Assembly: GCA_963665095.1 (NCBI GenBank)
Contig: OY762069.1
Span: 32,001-96,000, forward strand
Origin: an uncultured Desulfobacter sp.
Lineage (GTDB): Bacteria; Desulfobacterota; Desulfobacteria; Desulfobacterales; Desulfobacteraceae
Direction of reading: 5' to 3'
Length of the DNA stretch: 64,000 bases
Shown: in pieces, positions 11,163 through 19,991 of the stretch
How positions within the stretch are numbered: position 1 is the stretch's first letter
Layout of the letters: each line of letters opens with the position of its first letter
Position numbers and translations under genes: made by a program
The notes under the pieces: model-generated
Told to the model about the DNA's origin: nothing
The model's input: only the letters and a program-made list of their open reading frames with translations
The model's database searches: none

Positions 11163-11618
11163 TCAGGCAGGCAAATCAGGCAGTATGTCGCCGGGTTCGG
11201 CCAGGTGTTTCAGGATATCGCGTACCCCCTGACCGGTGACGGCAGATACATGGTAAATGGTTTTACATCCGGCAAGTTCCAGCCAGTAGTCAGCCAGATC
11301 AGGCCTGGCTCCCGGACGGTCAATCTGGGTAACTATGCCGATGACCTCGCGGTTCACCACCGGGGTGACATTGGGGGGGAAAAGGGAAAAGGGCTCCAGG
11401 GCAGATATTAAAAAACCCACCACATCGGCCTCATAGGTATACAGGGCCAGGGCAGCGGCCAGTTCCTTTGACTGGGCATACTCGCCGGGTGTATCAATGA
11501 CCACATCAAAGTGGTTGACATACTGGGTTTTGTGGTATCCGATTTTTTCGCCCTTCAGGGCCTGGGTGAGGGTGGTTTTGCCGGCTTCGCTGCGTCCAAC
11601 CAGAATTATTTTTTTCAT
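11163..11618 (-). CDS. eutP: EutP/PduV-family microcompartment-associated GTPase
   Basis: LVGRSEAGKTTLTQAL, YHKTQ, IDTPGEY, FPP, VIGIVT, VSAVTG. Confidence 0.88.
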   Translation of the reverse strand: MKKIILVGRSEAGKTTLTQALKGEKIGYHKTQYVNHFDVVIDTPGEYAQSKELAAALALYTYEADVVGFLISALEPFSLFPPNVTPVVNREVIGIVTQIDRPGARPDLADYWLELAGCKTIYHVSAVTGQGVRDILKHLAEPGDILPDLPA

Positions 11619-11995
11619 GTTTTGGTGATGTCACAAACAGTAAATCCAAGTACGGTGCTGGTATACTCCATGATCTGGATCACCGCACTTTCCACTTCTG
11701 AAAGACCGCCGGTGATGATCAGGGTGCCTGAAAACCGGTCCACAAACCCTAAATCCACATTGGCGGTTTTAATGGCAATGTCACCGGCGATAATGGCGGT
11801 TTCCGCAGGCGTCATGGTAATAATGCCGATGGCGGATTTTGAATAATCCAGGCTGGGGTCCAGGCCCAGCTTCCTGTAAATGACTTTATCCGGGCCGGCT
11901 ATGACATGGGCCAGGGTAATCTGTTTGCCGGGTACGGTTTCTTGGATGATCCGCACTTTCTGGTCCTGGGGGGGTAACAGATTGTTTATATCCAT
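11615..11995 (-). CDS. eutS: EutS/PduU-type circularly permuted BMC shell protein
   Basis: RIIQETVPGKQITLAH, AIGIITMTPAETAIIAGDIA, GFVDRFSGTL, CDITKT. Confidence 0.9.
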   Translation of the reverse strand: MDINNLLPPQDQKVRIIQETVPGKQITLAHVIAGPDKVIYRKLGLDPSLDYSKSAIGIITMTPAETAIIAGDIAIKTANVDLGFVDRFSGTLIITGGLSEVESAVIQIMEYTSTVLGFTVCDITKT

Positions 11996-12052
11996 CTATA
12001 CCTCTCTTGTTTCCTTTTAAATGATGGCAGCAAATATTTTACCGCCGTGAAA

Positions 12053-12080
12053 ATTATAGAGGGGCACGCAAATATAACAA
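12053..12080 (-). promoter_or_regulatory. Putative sigma70 promoter for eutS-eutP
   Basis: Minus strand TTGTTA-N16-TATAAT, about 60 bp upstream of the eutS start. Confidence 0.45.
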
Positions 12081-12189
12081 TGGGGTGTAAACCCTATTTT
12101 GGGGGCGGGTACTATACGGTTATTCATGGTGCAGGGCCGGCTGCTGGCTATTGCTGATAGACCGGGTCTTCCCGGCAAGGCACAACAGT

Positions 12190-13224
12190 TTACAGATTTT
12201 TTTCCGTACGGATAATGGCGGACAGTCCCTTGTGAAGATCTTCAATGATGGTGTTGGCTGATACGCCTAATCGCCGGGCATTGGAAATATCAAAAATGGA
12301 TTTCTGAACGGCTGTTTTTTCACCGCCTGTGCCCCGGATCTGCAGGTGGTGGTTGCTGACCAGCCTGTTAAAGATGTCAGATTTATATTCCAGTTTTTCA
12401 AGGCAGATATGCACCCCTGCCCGCATGGCTGTACCGATATTGGTGGGGCAGCTGGTTAAAAAGCCCAACTGATCATCCACACAAAAGTCAAGATGCCGGC
12501 TTAAGGCGATGGTCATACGCCTTAGCCGGTTGAATACCCCTTCAATGTCCGACCCCGGGCATTGGGCCATAATGCGCAGATGGTCCTCTTCATTCACCCA
12601 GACCCGCACGATGTTATCATGGCTGATAAAAATTCCCCGGCCTGAAGGAAAATCCCTGTTGATACCCGCTGCATCCTGGAACCGGTCTCCTTTGGGAAAG
12701 GCCAGGCCCTTTTCACGCAGGGCGTTGTAAGCTGCCGGGCTTAAATCGGCAAAGGCGGTGTAGCTGCCGGCCAGGTCCTGTTCCATGCGTGCCAGGGCAT
12801 TTTTAACGGTATTTTCCACGGCCAGACGTTGTGTCCGTGTCATATGGCCTGAAAAGGGGAAGCCCTCAAGGTTTCTGGCCACCCGTACCCGGGATGAGCG
12901 AATAAACCGCTGCTCCGGGTCCAGGCCCGGGAGGTGAACGGAATCAAAGGTCGGCTGGTGCATCATGCCTGGTTCAAGACGGTGGTATTCGTTGATAATA
13001 GGAGAAAATACCGGTTCAAAAAGACGGTAGGTCTCTTTGTCTCCGGCATAAATACCAATGTTGGAATCGGGATTGTCAATGCCAGACTGAATGGCCATAT
13101 CCAGGCTGTAGCCGGACGAAGTTCGCAGATTTCTCAACGCCAGATACCGCCGGGCAGGCAGGTGTTTTTTAGCCAGGGATGTATCAGAGAGCTGCGCGCA
13201 GGGCAGAACCGGCTCAGCTGTCAT
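12190..13224 (-). CDS. Phosphagen kinase, probably arginine kinase (eukaryote-like, with N-terminal domain)
   Basis: QSGIDNPDSNIGIYAGD, SRVRVARNL, GDRF, WVNEEDHLR, SCPTNIGT, LQIRGTGGE, DISNARRLG. Confidence 0.9.
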   Translation of the reverse strand: MTAEPVLPCAQLSDTSLAKKHLPARRYLALRNLRTSSGYSLDMAIQSGIDNPDSNIGIYAGDKETYRLFEPVFSPIINEYHRLEPGMMHQPTFDSVHLPGLDPEQRFIRSSRVRVARNLEGFPFSGHMTRTQRLAVENTVKNALARMEQDLAGSYTAFADLSPAAYNALREKGLAFPKGDRFQDAAGINRDFPSGRGIFISHDNIVRVWVNEEDHLRIMAQCPGSDIEGVFNRLRRMTIALSRHLDFCVDDQLGFLTSCPTNIGTAMRAGVHICLEKLEYKSDIFNRLVSNHHLQIRGTGGEKTAVQKSIFDISNARRLGVSANTIIEDLHKGLSAIIRTEKNL

Positions 13225-13399
13225 AACGGGAGGACTGGGAAGAGACCCCCCGGGCCAGCCGGGTCTGGATCTGGTCTAAAATAATGCAGTCTGCATGGCA
13301 TCTGGGCAGATGCTCTTTGTGTTCACAGTTCACGCAGGGGCTTTGGGTGAGATAGCCCACTTCAAAGTCAAATATGTCTCTTTTTGCCGGGTTTTCCAT
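13214..13399 (-). CDS. Small Cys-rich hypothetical protein (61 aa)
   Basis: MENPAKRDIFDFEVGYLTQSPCVNC...PRCHADC; overlaps the kinase start by 11 nt. Confidence 0.65.
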   Translation of the reverse strand: MENPAKRDIFDFEVGYLTQSPCVNCEHKEHLPRCHADCIILDQIQTRLARGVSSQSSRYDS

Positions 13400-13653
13400 T
13401 GCTCTTCGGCCTGCAAAATTAAAATGAAAGCTCTTATACCATTTTATCCGGCGCCGGGTCAATAACCCGGATCTTCCTTTGAGCCCTGTTCTCCCATAAA
13501 TAGGGACTATATCGCTGCAGCCAGGTTGCGCTGCGAAAAAACTGTTCCGTATTTTACCTTGTCATATGGAAAAACACATGATAGTGAACCGGTAATATTT
13601 GTGACAGACCCCTGTGAATTCAAGGAAAATTTAAAAGAATAAGGTTGTAATTT

Positions 13654-14271
13654 GTGGCTGTATCAAAATTTGCTGAACTCAAAGAAAAGGAGAAACAGGC
13701 CAGAAAACAGATTGTGATTGACTCAGCCCTGGCCCTGTTTGCAAAAAAACCGTTTTACGAGGTGGGAATCAGAGACATCGCAGACGAAGCCGGCATTTCT
13801 CCTGCCACCATTTACCGGTATTTCCCCAATCAGGAAGCCTTGTTCAACCAGGCGTTTATTCAGGAAATCACTGCTGCCTCACGGCAGTTTGAACAGATGG
13901 TGCAGAAAGATGAACCGGCCAGCATTGAAGAGTTTGCCGTGAAATTCGTAAAACACCTGATTGACAATGAATCAACCTTTCAGATGATGACCTATCTGAT
14001 GCTCAAGGATAATCTGACCAATCCGGTCATGGGGCAGTTTGATTCCGTGACAAAAATTTTTTTCGACCTGTTTACCACGCTTCTGCAGCGCCACGGCATG
14101 AGCGCGGACAAGGCCAGGCCCTATTCCCACTCCTTTGTGGCCTCCATCACCGGCATCCTTATGACCTTTCGTAATTCACCCTTTAAAACCAGGCAGACGG
14201 TCAGGGACCATATCATCAAGACCGTAAAACTGACATCACAATTATACACCAACCAGCTGCTGGACGCCTGA
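13654..14271 (+). CDS. TetR/AcrR family transcriptional regulator
   Basis: IVIDSALALFAKKPFYEVGIRDIADEAGISPATIYRYF helix-turn-helix. Confidence 0.9.
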   Translation: MAVSKFAELKEKEKQARKQIVIDSALALFAKKPFYEVGIRDIADEAGISPATIYRYFPNQEALFNQAFIQEITAASRQFEQMVQKDEPASIEEFAVKFVKHLIDNESTFQMMTYLMLKDNLTNPVMGQFDSVTKIFFDLFTTLLQRHGMSADKARPYSHSFVASITGILMTFRNSPFKTRQTVRDHIIKTVKLTSQLYTNQLLDA

Positions 14272-14305
14272 TACAGCTTTTTACACTACTTAACTTTTTG
14301 GTCAT

Positions 14306-14339
14306 TTGACACCTCTTGCGAGCTGACTATATTAAGTCA
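14306..14339 (+). promoter_or_regulatory. Putative sigma70 promoter of the moxR/bat operon with an overlapping palindrome
   Basis: TTGACA(14306)-N16-TATATT(14328); TGACT-N6-AGTCA at 14324-14339. Confidence 0.5.
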
Positions 14340-14407
14340 AAAAAGTTGATTATCCACAAAGTCCGGGCCTTTCCTGCGTCCGGTCAAAACAAAGGATGTA
14401 AGGTGTT

Positions 14408-15382
14408 ATGGAAGAAATTTCAAAACAGATTGAGCAGGCCCATCTGCTGGTGAACCGGATCCGCAGTGAGGTGGGCAAAGCCCTGGTGGGGCAGGAAAAA
14501 CTGGTTGACGGTCTTCTGACAGGCCTTTTCACCGGCGGCCATGTTCTCATTGAAGGCGTGCCGGGTCTGGCAAAAACCTCTGCGGTGAAAGCGTTGGCCG
14601 CTGCCATCCAGGCTGATTTCAAACGCATTCAGTTTACCCCGGACCTGCTGCCGGCGGACCTCACCGGTACAGAGATCTACCGGCCTAAAGAGACAGATTT
14701 TATCACCCGCAAGGGGCCCTTGTTCAACCACATCATTCTGGCGGACGAAATCAACCGGGCCCCCTCCAAGGTGCAGTCTGCGCTTCTTGAGGCCATGGAG
14801 GAGAAGCAGGTGACCATCGGGGACACGACGTATAAACTTCCCACCCCGTTTCTGGTGCTGGCCACCCAGAACCCCATTGAACAGGAGGGCACCTATCCGT
14901 TGCCTGAAGCCCAGGTGGACCGGTTCATGCTCAAGGTGCTGGTGGAATATCCCTCAAAGTCCCAGGAGCTGGAAATTTTGAAGAAGACCAGTTTCGCAGC
15001 GGTTGACCAGATTGAGCCCGTGGTCTCCTGTGAGGATCTGGCAGGACTCAAGGCCCTGGTGGATCAGGTTTATGTGGATGAAAAGCTCAAAGAGTATATC
15101 GTTGATCTGATTTTCGCCACGCGAAACCCTGAAGATTACAGGATGGCGAGCGGCTGCTACATTGAATTCGGGGCCTCGCCCCGGGCCACGATTTTTCTTG
15201 CCAGGGCCGCCCGCGTCACCGCCTTTCTGGCGGGTCGTTCCTATGTAACGCCCCAGGATATCAAGCTTGCAGGACCTGATGTGCTGCGCCACAGGATTCT
15301 TTTGTCCTTTGAGGCTGAAGCCGAAGAGGTGACAACCGAGCAGGTGGTGGCGGATCTGTTTGATTCTGTTGAAGTACCCTAA
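14408..15382 (+). CDS. moxR: MoxR family AAA+ ATPase
   Basis: GHVLIEGVPGLAKT, RIQFTPDLLPAD, LADEINRAP, ATQNPIEQEGTYPLPEAQ, GASPRA. Confidence 0.95.
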   Translation: MEEISKQIEQAHLLVNRIRSEVGKALVGQEKLVDGLLTGLFTGGHVLIEGVPGLAKTSAVKALAAAIQADFKRIQFTPDLLPADLTGTEIYRPKETDFITRKGPLFNHIILADEINRAPSKVQSALLEAMEEKQVTIGDTTYKLPTPFLVLATQNPIEQEGTYPLPEAQVDRFMLKVLVEYPSKSQELEILKKTSFAAVDQIEPVVSCEDLAGLKALVDQVYVDEKLKEYIVDLIFATRNPEDYRMASGCYIEFGASPRATIFLARAARVTAFLAGRSYVTPQDIKLAGPDVLRHRILLSFEAEAEEVTTEQVVADLFDSVEVP

Positions 15383-15402
15383 AATTATAAACAGGTATTA
15401 AA

Positions 15403-16278
15403 ATGATTCCTGCCCATATCATAAAAAAGATCAAGCAGATTCATATCTCTTCACGCAGAACCGTCAATACCCTGATGGCCGGGCAGTACCGGTCGGTCTT
15501 CAAGGGGGCGGGCATTGAGTTTGAAGAGGTGCGCGAGTATGCCCCGGGGGATGATGTCAAAACCATTGACTGGAACGTCTCCGCCCGCACCGGCAAGGTA
15601 TTTGTCAAGCAGTTCCGGGAGGAGCGCGAATCCATCGTCATGCTGCTCATTGACATGAGCGCCTCTTTAAATTTTGGTACCCGGTCCGGGCGCAAGCTGG
15701 AAAAGGTGGCAGAGCTGTCATCTGTCCTGGCATTTAACGCCATTAAAAATAATGACAAGGTCGGCGTGATCTTTTTTACGGACCAGGTGGAGAAGTATAT
15801 CCCCCCCAAGAAAGGATCTGCCCATATCTGGCGGGTGATCAAGGAGATTTTCACCTTTGAACCCAAAGGGGTGGGCACCGATGTGGGGTGCGCCCTGGAT
15901 TTCATGGCCAGGATCTGCAAAAAGCGCAGTTTTGCCTTTGTAATTTCCGACTATCTCGCTCCGGAATATGACAAAAGCCTGCGGCTTTTAAACCGGCGCC
16001 ATGAGGTGGTGGGGATGCGCGTGTTTGATGACGGTGCCTTTCAACTGCCATGTGCCGGTATTGTCCGGGTAAAGGATTTTGAAACCGGGCAGACCATGCT
16101 GCTGGACGCGGGCAGTAAAAAGATGCGGCAGTGGTATACGGATGCAAGGCATCGGCGCCACGTACAAACGCAAAATTTATTTTCAAAGGCCCGGGTGGAT
16201 CTCGTGGACGTCACCACACAGGATTCCGTCTCCGATGTCCTGACCCGGTATTTCCGCCTTCGGGAGAGCAGACGCTGA
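15403..16278 (+). CDS. DUF58 domain protein
   Basis: GIEFEEVREYAPGDDVKTIDWNVSAR, FREERE, LLIDMSAS. Confidence 0.92.
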   Translation: MIPAHIIKKIKQIHISSRRTVNTLMAGQYRSVFKGAGIEFEEVREYAPGDDVKTIDWNVSARTGKVFVKQFREERESIVMLLIDMSASLNFGTRSGRKLEKVAELSSVLAFNAIKNNDKVGVIFFTDQVEKYIPPKKGSAHIWRVIKEIFTFEPKGVGTDVGCALDFMARICKKRSFAFVISDYLAPEYDKSLRLLNRRHEVVGMRVFDDGAFQLPCAGIVRVKDFETGQTMLLDAGSKKMRQWYTDARHRRHVQTQNLFSKARVDLVDVTTQDSVSDVLTRYFRLRESRR

Positions 16279-16847
16279 TGATCCAGGATATTCATGACAT
16301 ACGACCACCTGTGATGGTGGGCATGGACCCGGGCCTTGTGAGGATTCTTCTGCTGGGGGCTTGCGCCCTTCTGCTTATAGGGCTTGTTGCCTTTGGTATT
16401 CTGCTGTGGCGCAGAAGAAGAAAAAAGACCGCCAAAACGGATCTGCCGGCGTTGCCGCTGCTTTCTGCCTATGAGTGCGCTGTCCGGGATCTGGAGCAGT
16501 GTCTGGAACGTTTTGGCAACGAGGCCAAATCCTTTTATTTTGAACTGGGCCGGGTTGTTAAAGCCTATATTTCCGGGACATTCGGTATCAACTGCCTTGA
16601 GATGACCTCCCAGGAGATGGCCCGGGCCATCAAGGGGATTGGGGGGCTGAATCCGGGATTGAAATCGGACCTGATCCAGTTTCAGGACCAGTGCGACCCC
16701 ATTCGATATATGCCCCTGGCGGCATTGAAGCACCCGGATATGCAGCGACTGAGGCGTGATCTGCTTACAGCCGGAAAACTGGTGGATGAGATGCAGGCAG
16801 CTGTGACGAAAATTGAAGAGAATACTGTGCAAGGGGAGGGTGCCTGA
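16278..16847 (+). CDS. Bat-operon membrane-anchored protein (DUF4381-like)
   Basis: MIQDIHDIRPP followed by a TM helix and a basic patch; start set at the TGATG overlap. Confidence 0.7.
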   Translation: MIQDIHDIRPPVMVGMDPGLVRILLLGACALLLIGLVAFGILLWRRRRKKTAKTDLPALPLLSAYECAVRDLEQCLERFGNEAKSFYFELGRVVKAYISGTFGINCLEMTSQEMARAIKGIGGLNPGLKSDLIQFQDQCDPIRYMPLAALKHPDMQRLRRDLLTAGKLVDEMQAAVTKIEENTVQGEGA

Positions 16848-17950
16848 TGTTTCGATTTGCCTCTCCCTGGTTTCTGGTACTGCTTGTTCTGCCCTGGGGG
16901 TGGCTGGCCGTGCAGATGTTTCGCCGTTCCCGGCAGAAAGGGTTTAAATGGTCAAGGCTGAAACACAAAGCTGGCAGCGTTGCCGGGGAAAAACAACCTG
17001 TTTCATCCCAGGGATCACTTTTGGGCGTGCCTGCAACCGGCCACAGCATTCATGTGCCGGGGCTGGCAGATGTGGCCAATGCCCCGGGCAGTATCTGGCT
17101 CACCGTGGCCCGGCTGCTGCCTTTGGTAAAGGTGGTGGCCTTAAGCCTGATGATCATTGCCCTGGCCCGGCCCCAGGCCGGAGAACAAAAAGTCAATGTA
17201 ATGACCAAAGGGGTGAACATTGTCCTGGCCCTGGACCTTTCCGGTTCCATGAAGGCCCTGGACTTCAAGCAGCATGACAAGATCGTCACCCGTCTGGACG
17301 CGGTAAAAGGGGTGGTCTCCGATTTTATCATGAAACGGGACGGGGACCGCATCGGGCTGGTGGTTTTCGGCACCAACGCCTTTACCCAGCTGCCACTCAC
17401 CCGGGACTACAACACCATCTCCTTTATGCTGGACCATCTTAAGATCGGGGCAGCCGGACCCAATACCGCCATTGGTGATGCCATAGGTATCTCTCTTAAG
17501 CGGCTGGAGGATATTCCCTCCAAGTCCAATATCATTATTCTGCTCACCGACGGCAAGAGCAATGCCGGAGAACTCTCCTGGCAGGAGGCGGCTAAAGTTG
17601 CGGCCCAGCGGCATGTTAAAATTTACACCATCGGGGTGGGTTCCAAGGGTAAGGCACCTTTCCTGGTGGACGGGCTTTTCGGCAAGCAGTATGTCTACCG
17701 GCAGGTGGATGTGGACTGGGATGCCCTGGACGCCATTGCCAAACAGACCGGGGGAACTTTTTTTAAAGCCAAAGATACCGAAAGTCTTGCGTCCATATAT
17801 AAGATGATCGACGCCCTGGAAAAGACCACCGTAAAGGTGGACAAGTGGGTGGAGTTCCGGGAGCTGTTTCCCGGATTTTTCATCCCGGGGCTGCTGCTCT
17901 ATCTCATGGTTTTAAGCCTTGGGTGCACCCGCCTGATCCGGGTGCCGTAA
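16847..17950 (+). CDS. batA: BatA-like VWA domain protein
   Basis: MFRFASPW N-terminus, ALARPQ, LDLSGSM MIDAS, TAIGDAI, LLTDG. Confidence 0.88.
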   Translation: MFRFASPWFLVLLVLPWGWLAVQMFRRSRQKGFKWSRLKHKAGSVAGEKQPVSSQGSLLGVPATGHSIHVPGLADVANAPGSIWLTVARLLPLVKVVALSLMIIALARPQAGEQKVNVMTKGVNIVLALDLSGSMKALDFKQHDKIVTRLDAVKGVVSDFIMKRDGDRIGLVVFGTNAFTQLPLTRDYNTISFMLDHLKIGAAGPNTAIGDAIGISLKRLEDIPSKSNIIILLTDGKSNAGELSWQEAAKVAAQRHVKIYTIGVGSKGKAPFLVDGLFGKQYVYRQVDVDWDALDAIAKQTGGTFFKAKDTESLASIYKMIDALEKTTVKVDKWVEFRELFPGFFIPGLLLYLMVLSLGCTRLIRVP

Positions 17951-17990
17951 GGCATAGAGCGGATATGCAAAATAGATTAAGGATCTATTC

Positions 17991-19991
17991 ATGAAATTTG
18001 ATCAACCCTATATACTGTTTTTCCTCTGGGGGCTGATTCCTTTGGCAGGCCTCCTGGTCTACGGGATTTTCAGGCATAAGAAAATTTTATCCCAGTATAT
18101 GGATGTGGCCATGTCCGCCCATATTCTGCCCGGATTTACCTATGGCCCCAAATGGGTGAAAGCAAGCCTTGTGGTGCTCGCCATGGGATTTGCCGTGGTG
18201 GCTTTGGCAGGCCCCATGGCAGGATACCACTGGGAGAAAACCACCCAGAAAGGGGTGGACCTGATGATTGCCCTGGACTGTTCGCGCAGTATGCTGGCCC
18301 AGGATATATCGCCTGCGCGGCTCACCCGTGCCAAACGGGAGATCATTGATCTGACCCGATTGATGCATTCGGACAGGGCAGGGCTTGTGGCCTTTTCCGG
18401 TGCTGCCATGCTGCAGTGTCCCTTGACCCTGGATTATGCCGCCTTTGGGATTTTCCTGGATGCGCTTAATCCCGACTACCTGCCTGTGGGCGGCACAGAT
18501 TTGACGGCTGCCCTTGAGACCTGCTACAACGGATTTGATCCAAAATCAGACACAGGAAAAGCCATCATCCTGATTACGGACGGTGAGGATACGGCAGGGG
18601 ATGCAGATGCCCTGAATAAGACCGTGGAAAAACTGGCTAAGGAAAATATCCGCATATTTGCCATTGGTGTGGGTGATCCGGCCGGTGCGCCCATTCCTGA
18701 AAAGGGCGGGGGCTTTAAAAAAGATACTGCCGGCAATATTATTTTATCCCGGGTGGATGAGGCCATGCTGAAGAAAATCACGGCCATGACACAAGGCAGA
18801 TATGTCCGGTCTGTGGCCGGGGACATGGATCTTGAACAGATCTACTCCAAAGATATCCTTGGGACCATGGAGAGACGGGAACTGACCGACGGCCGGAAAA
18901 AAGTGTGGGAAAAACGGTTTCAATGGGCGCTTTTCCCCTGTGTATTGCTGCTGCTCATTGAGCTTGTCTATCCTGACCGGCCCAGGCGCAACGGACTTGC
19001 CAGCCGGTCTCGGATCTCTCTGGCCGCCTTAGGCCTGCTGCTGGTATGTGGTATTTTCGCACCCGACCCGGCCCGGGCAGGGTTGTTATCTTCCCCGGTG
19101 AAAGAGGGCATGAAGGCCTGGGATAATAAAGAGTACAGTCAGGCTAAAAAGTATTTTATTGATGCCCAGCTGGAAAATCCGGATGATTTAAGACTTTATT
19201 ATAACATTGGTGCAGCCGCCTATGCAGCCGGCGAATATGATCTGGCCCTTTCCAACTTTGCCCAGGCCGCCAGTTCAAAGGATAAAGAGCTGCGGCACAA
19301 TGCGCTCTATAACCTTGCCAATACCAGATATCGCACGGGGGAACTTGAAAAGGCGGTGGACGATTACAGCAAACTGCTTAAAGAATTTCCTGAAGATGTG
19401 CAGGCCAAAGAGAACCTGGACTTTGTGAAGAAGAAGATAGAAGAGCAGAAGCAGCAGCAGCAGCAGGAAAACCAGAATCAGGACAGCCAGAAAAACCAGA
19501 ACGATAAAGACGGGAAAAACCAGAAAGATTCCCAGAACAAAAATCAGCAGGACAAGAATCAGCAGGATAGCAAGGGTCAGGACCAGGACAAAAACCAGCA
19601 GAATGGTCAGGATCAGCAAAATAAAGAGGGGCAGAATAACCAGAGCCCGGACCAGAACCAGCAGAATAAGGCCCCGCAGAATCAGGACCCACAAAATAAA
19701 GGTCAGCAGGACCAGCCAAAGGATAAAAACCAGGACCATAATTCGGGGCAGGCCGGACAGCAGGATCAGCCACCACCGCCCCAGCCGGCTTCTGAGAACG
19801 GCGGCGGGGATAAAGATCCTGACCAGAAGACCAGTGCTGCCAACCAGGCCAGGCAGGCGGCCGGCCAAACGGCAGACAAAAGCGATCCTGAATCCAAAAT
19901 GCTTGAAAACCGCCTTAACCGCCTGGAAGACAAACCAGGCATGGCGCTGATTCCCCAAAGCGGAGTAAGGAACAATGAAAAAGACTGGTAA
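17991..19991 (+). CDS. BatB-BatC fusion (VWA + TPR + Q/N-rich linker)
   Basis: LDCSRSMLAQD, ILITDGED, TPR repeats (YNIG, YNLAN), low-complexity tract, C-terminal KDW. Confidence 0.85.
   Translation: MKFDQPYILFFLWGLIPLAGLLVYGIFRHKKILSQYMDVAMSAHILPGFTYGPKWVKASLVVLAMGFAVVALAGPMAGYHWEKTTQKGVDLMIALDCSRSMLAQDISPARLTRAKREIIDLTRLMHSDRAGLVAFSGAAMLQCPLTLDYAAFGIFLDALNPDYLPVGGTDLTAALETCYNGFDPKSDTGKAIILITDGEDTAGDADALNKTVEKLAKENIRIFAIGVGDPAGAPIPEKGGGFKKDTAGNIILSRVDEAMLKKITAMTQGRYVRSVAGDMDLEQIYSKDILGTMERRELTDGRKKVWEKRFQWALFPCVLLLLIELVYPDRPRRNGLASRSRISLAALGLLLVCGIFAPDPARAGLLSSPVKEGMKAWDNKEYSQAKKYFIDAQLENPDDLRLYYNIGAAAYAAGEYDLALSNFAQAASSKDKELRHNALYNLANTRYRTGELEKAVDDYSKLLKEFPEDVQAKENLDFVKKKIEEQKQQQQQENQNQDSQKNQNDKDGKNQKDSQNKNQQDKNQQDSKGQDQDKNQQNGQDQQNKEGQNNQSPDQNQQNKAPQNQDPQNKGQQDQPKDKNQDHNSGQAGQQDQPPPPQPASENGGGDKDPDQKTSAANQARQAAGQTADKSDPESKMLENRLNRLEDKPGMALIPQSGVRNNEKDW
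19440..19800 (+). repeat. Low-complexity Q/N/D/K coding tract
   Basis: Degenerate CAG/AAC/GAC repeats encoding QQQQQENQNQDSQKNQ... Confidence 0.8.

Noticed and set aside
12190..13224. McsB protein-arginine kinase
   Set aside because: It has the phosphagen-kinase N-terminal domain and lacks the ctsR/mcsA/clpC context
14350..14358. Perfect DnaA box TTATCCACA
   Set aside because: Single copy with no cluster or origin-linked genes; compatible with chance
19440..19800. Q/N-rich tract as a novel repeat or prion-like domain
   Set aside because: Such linkers are typical of BatC-like proteins
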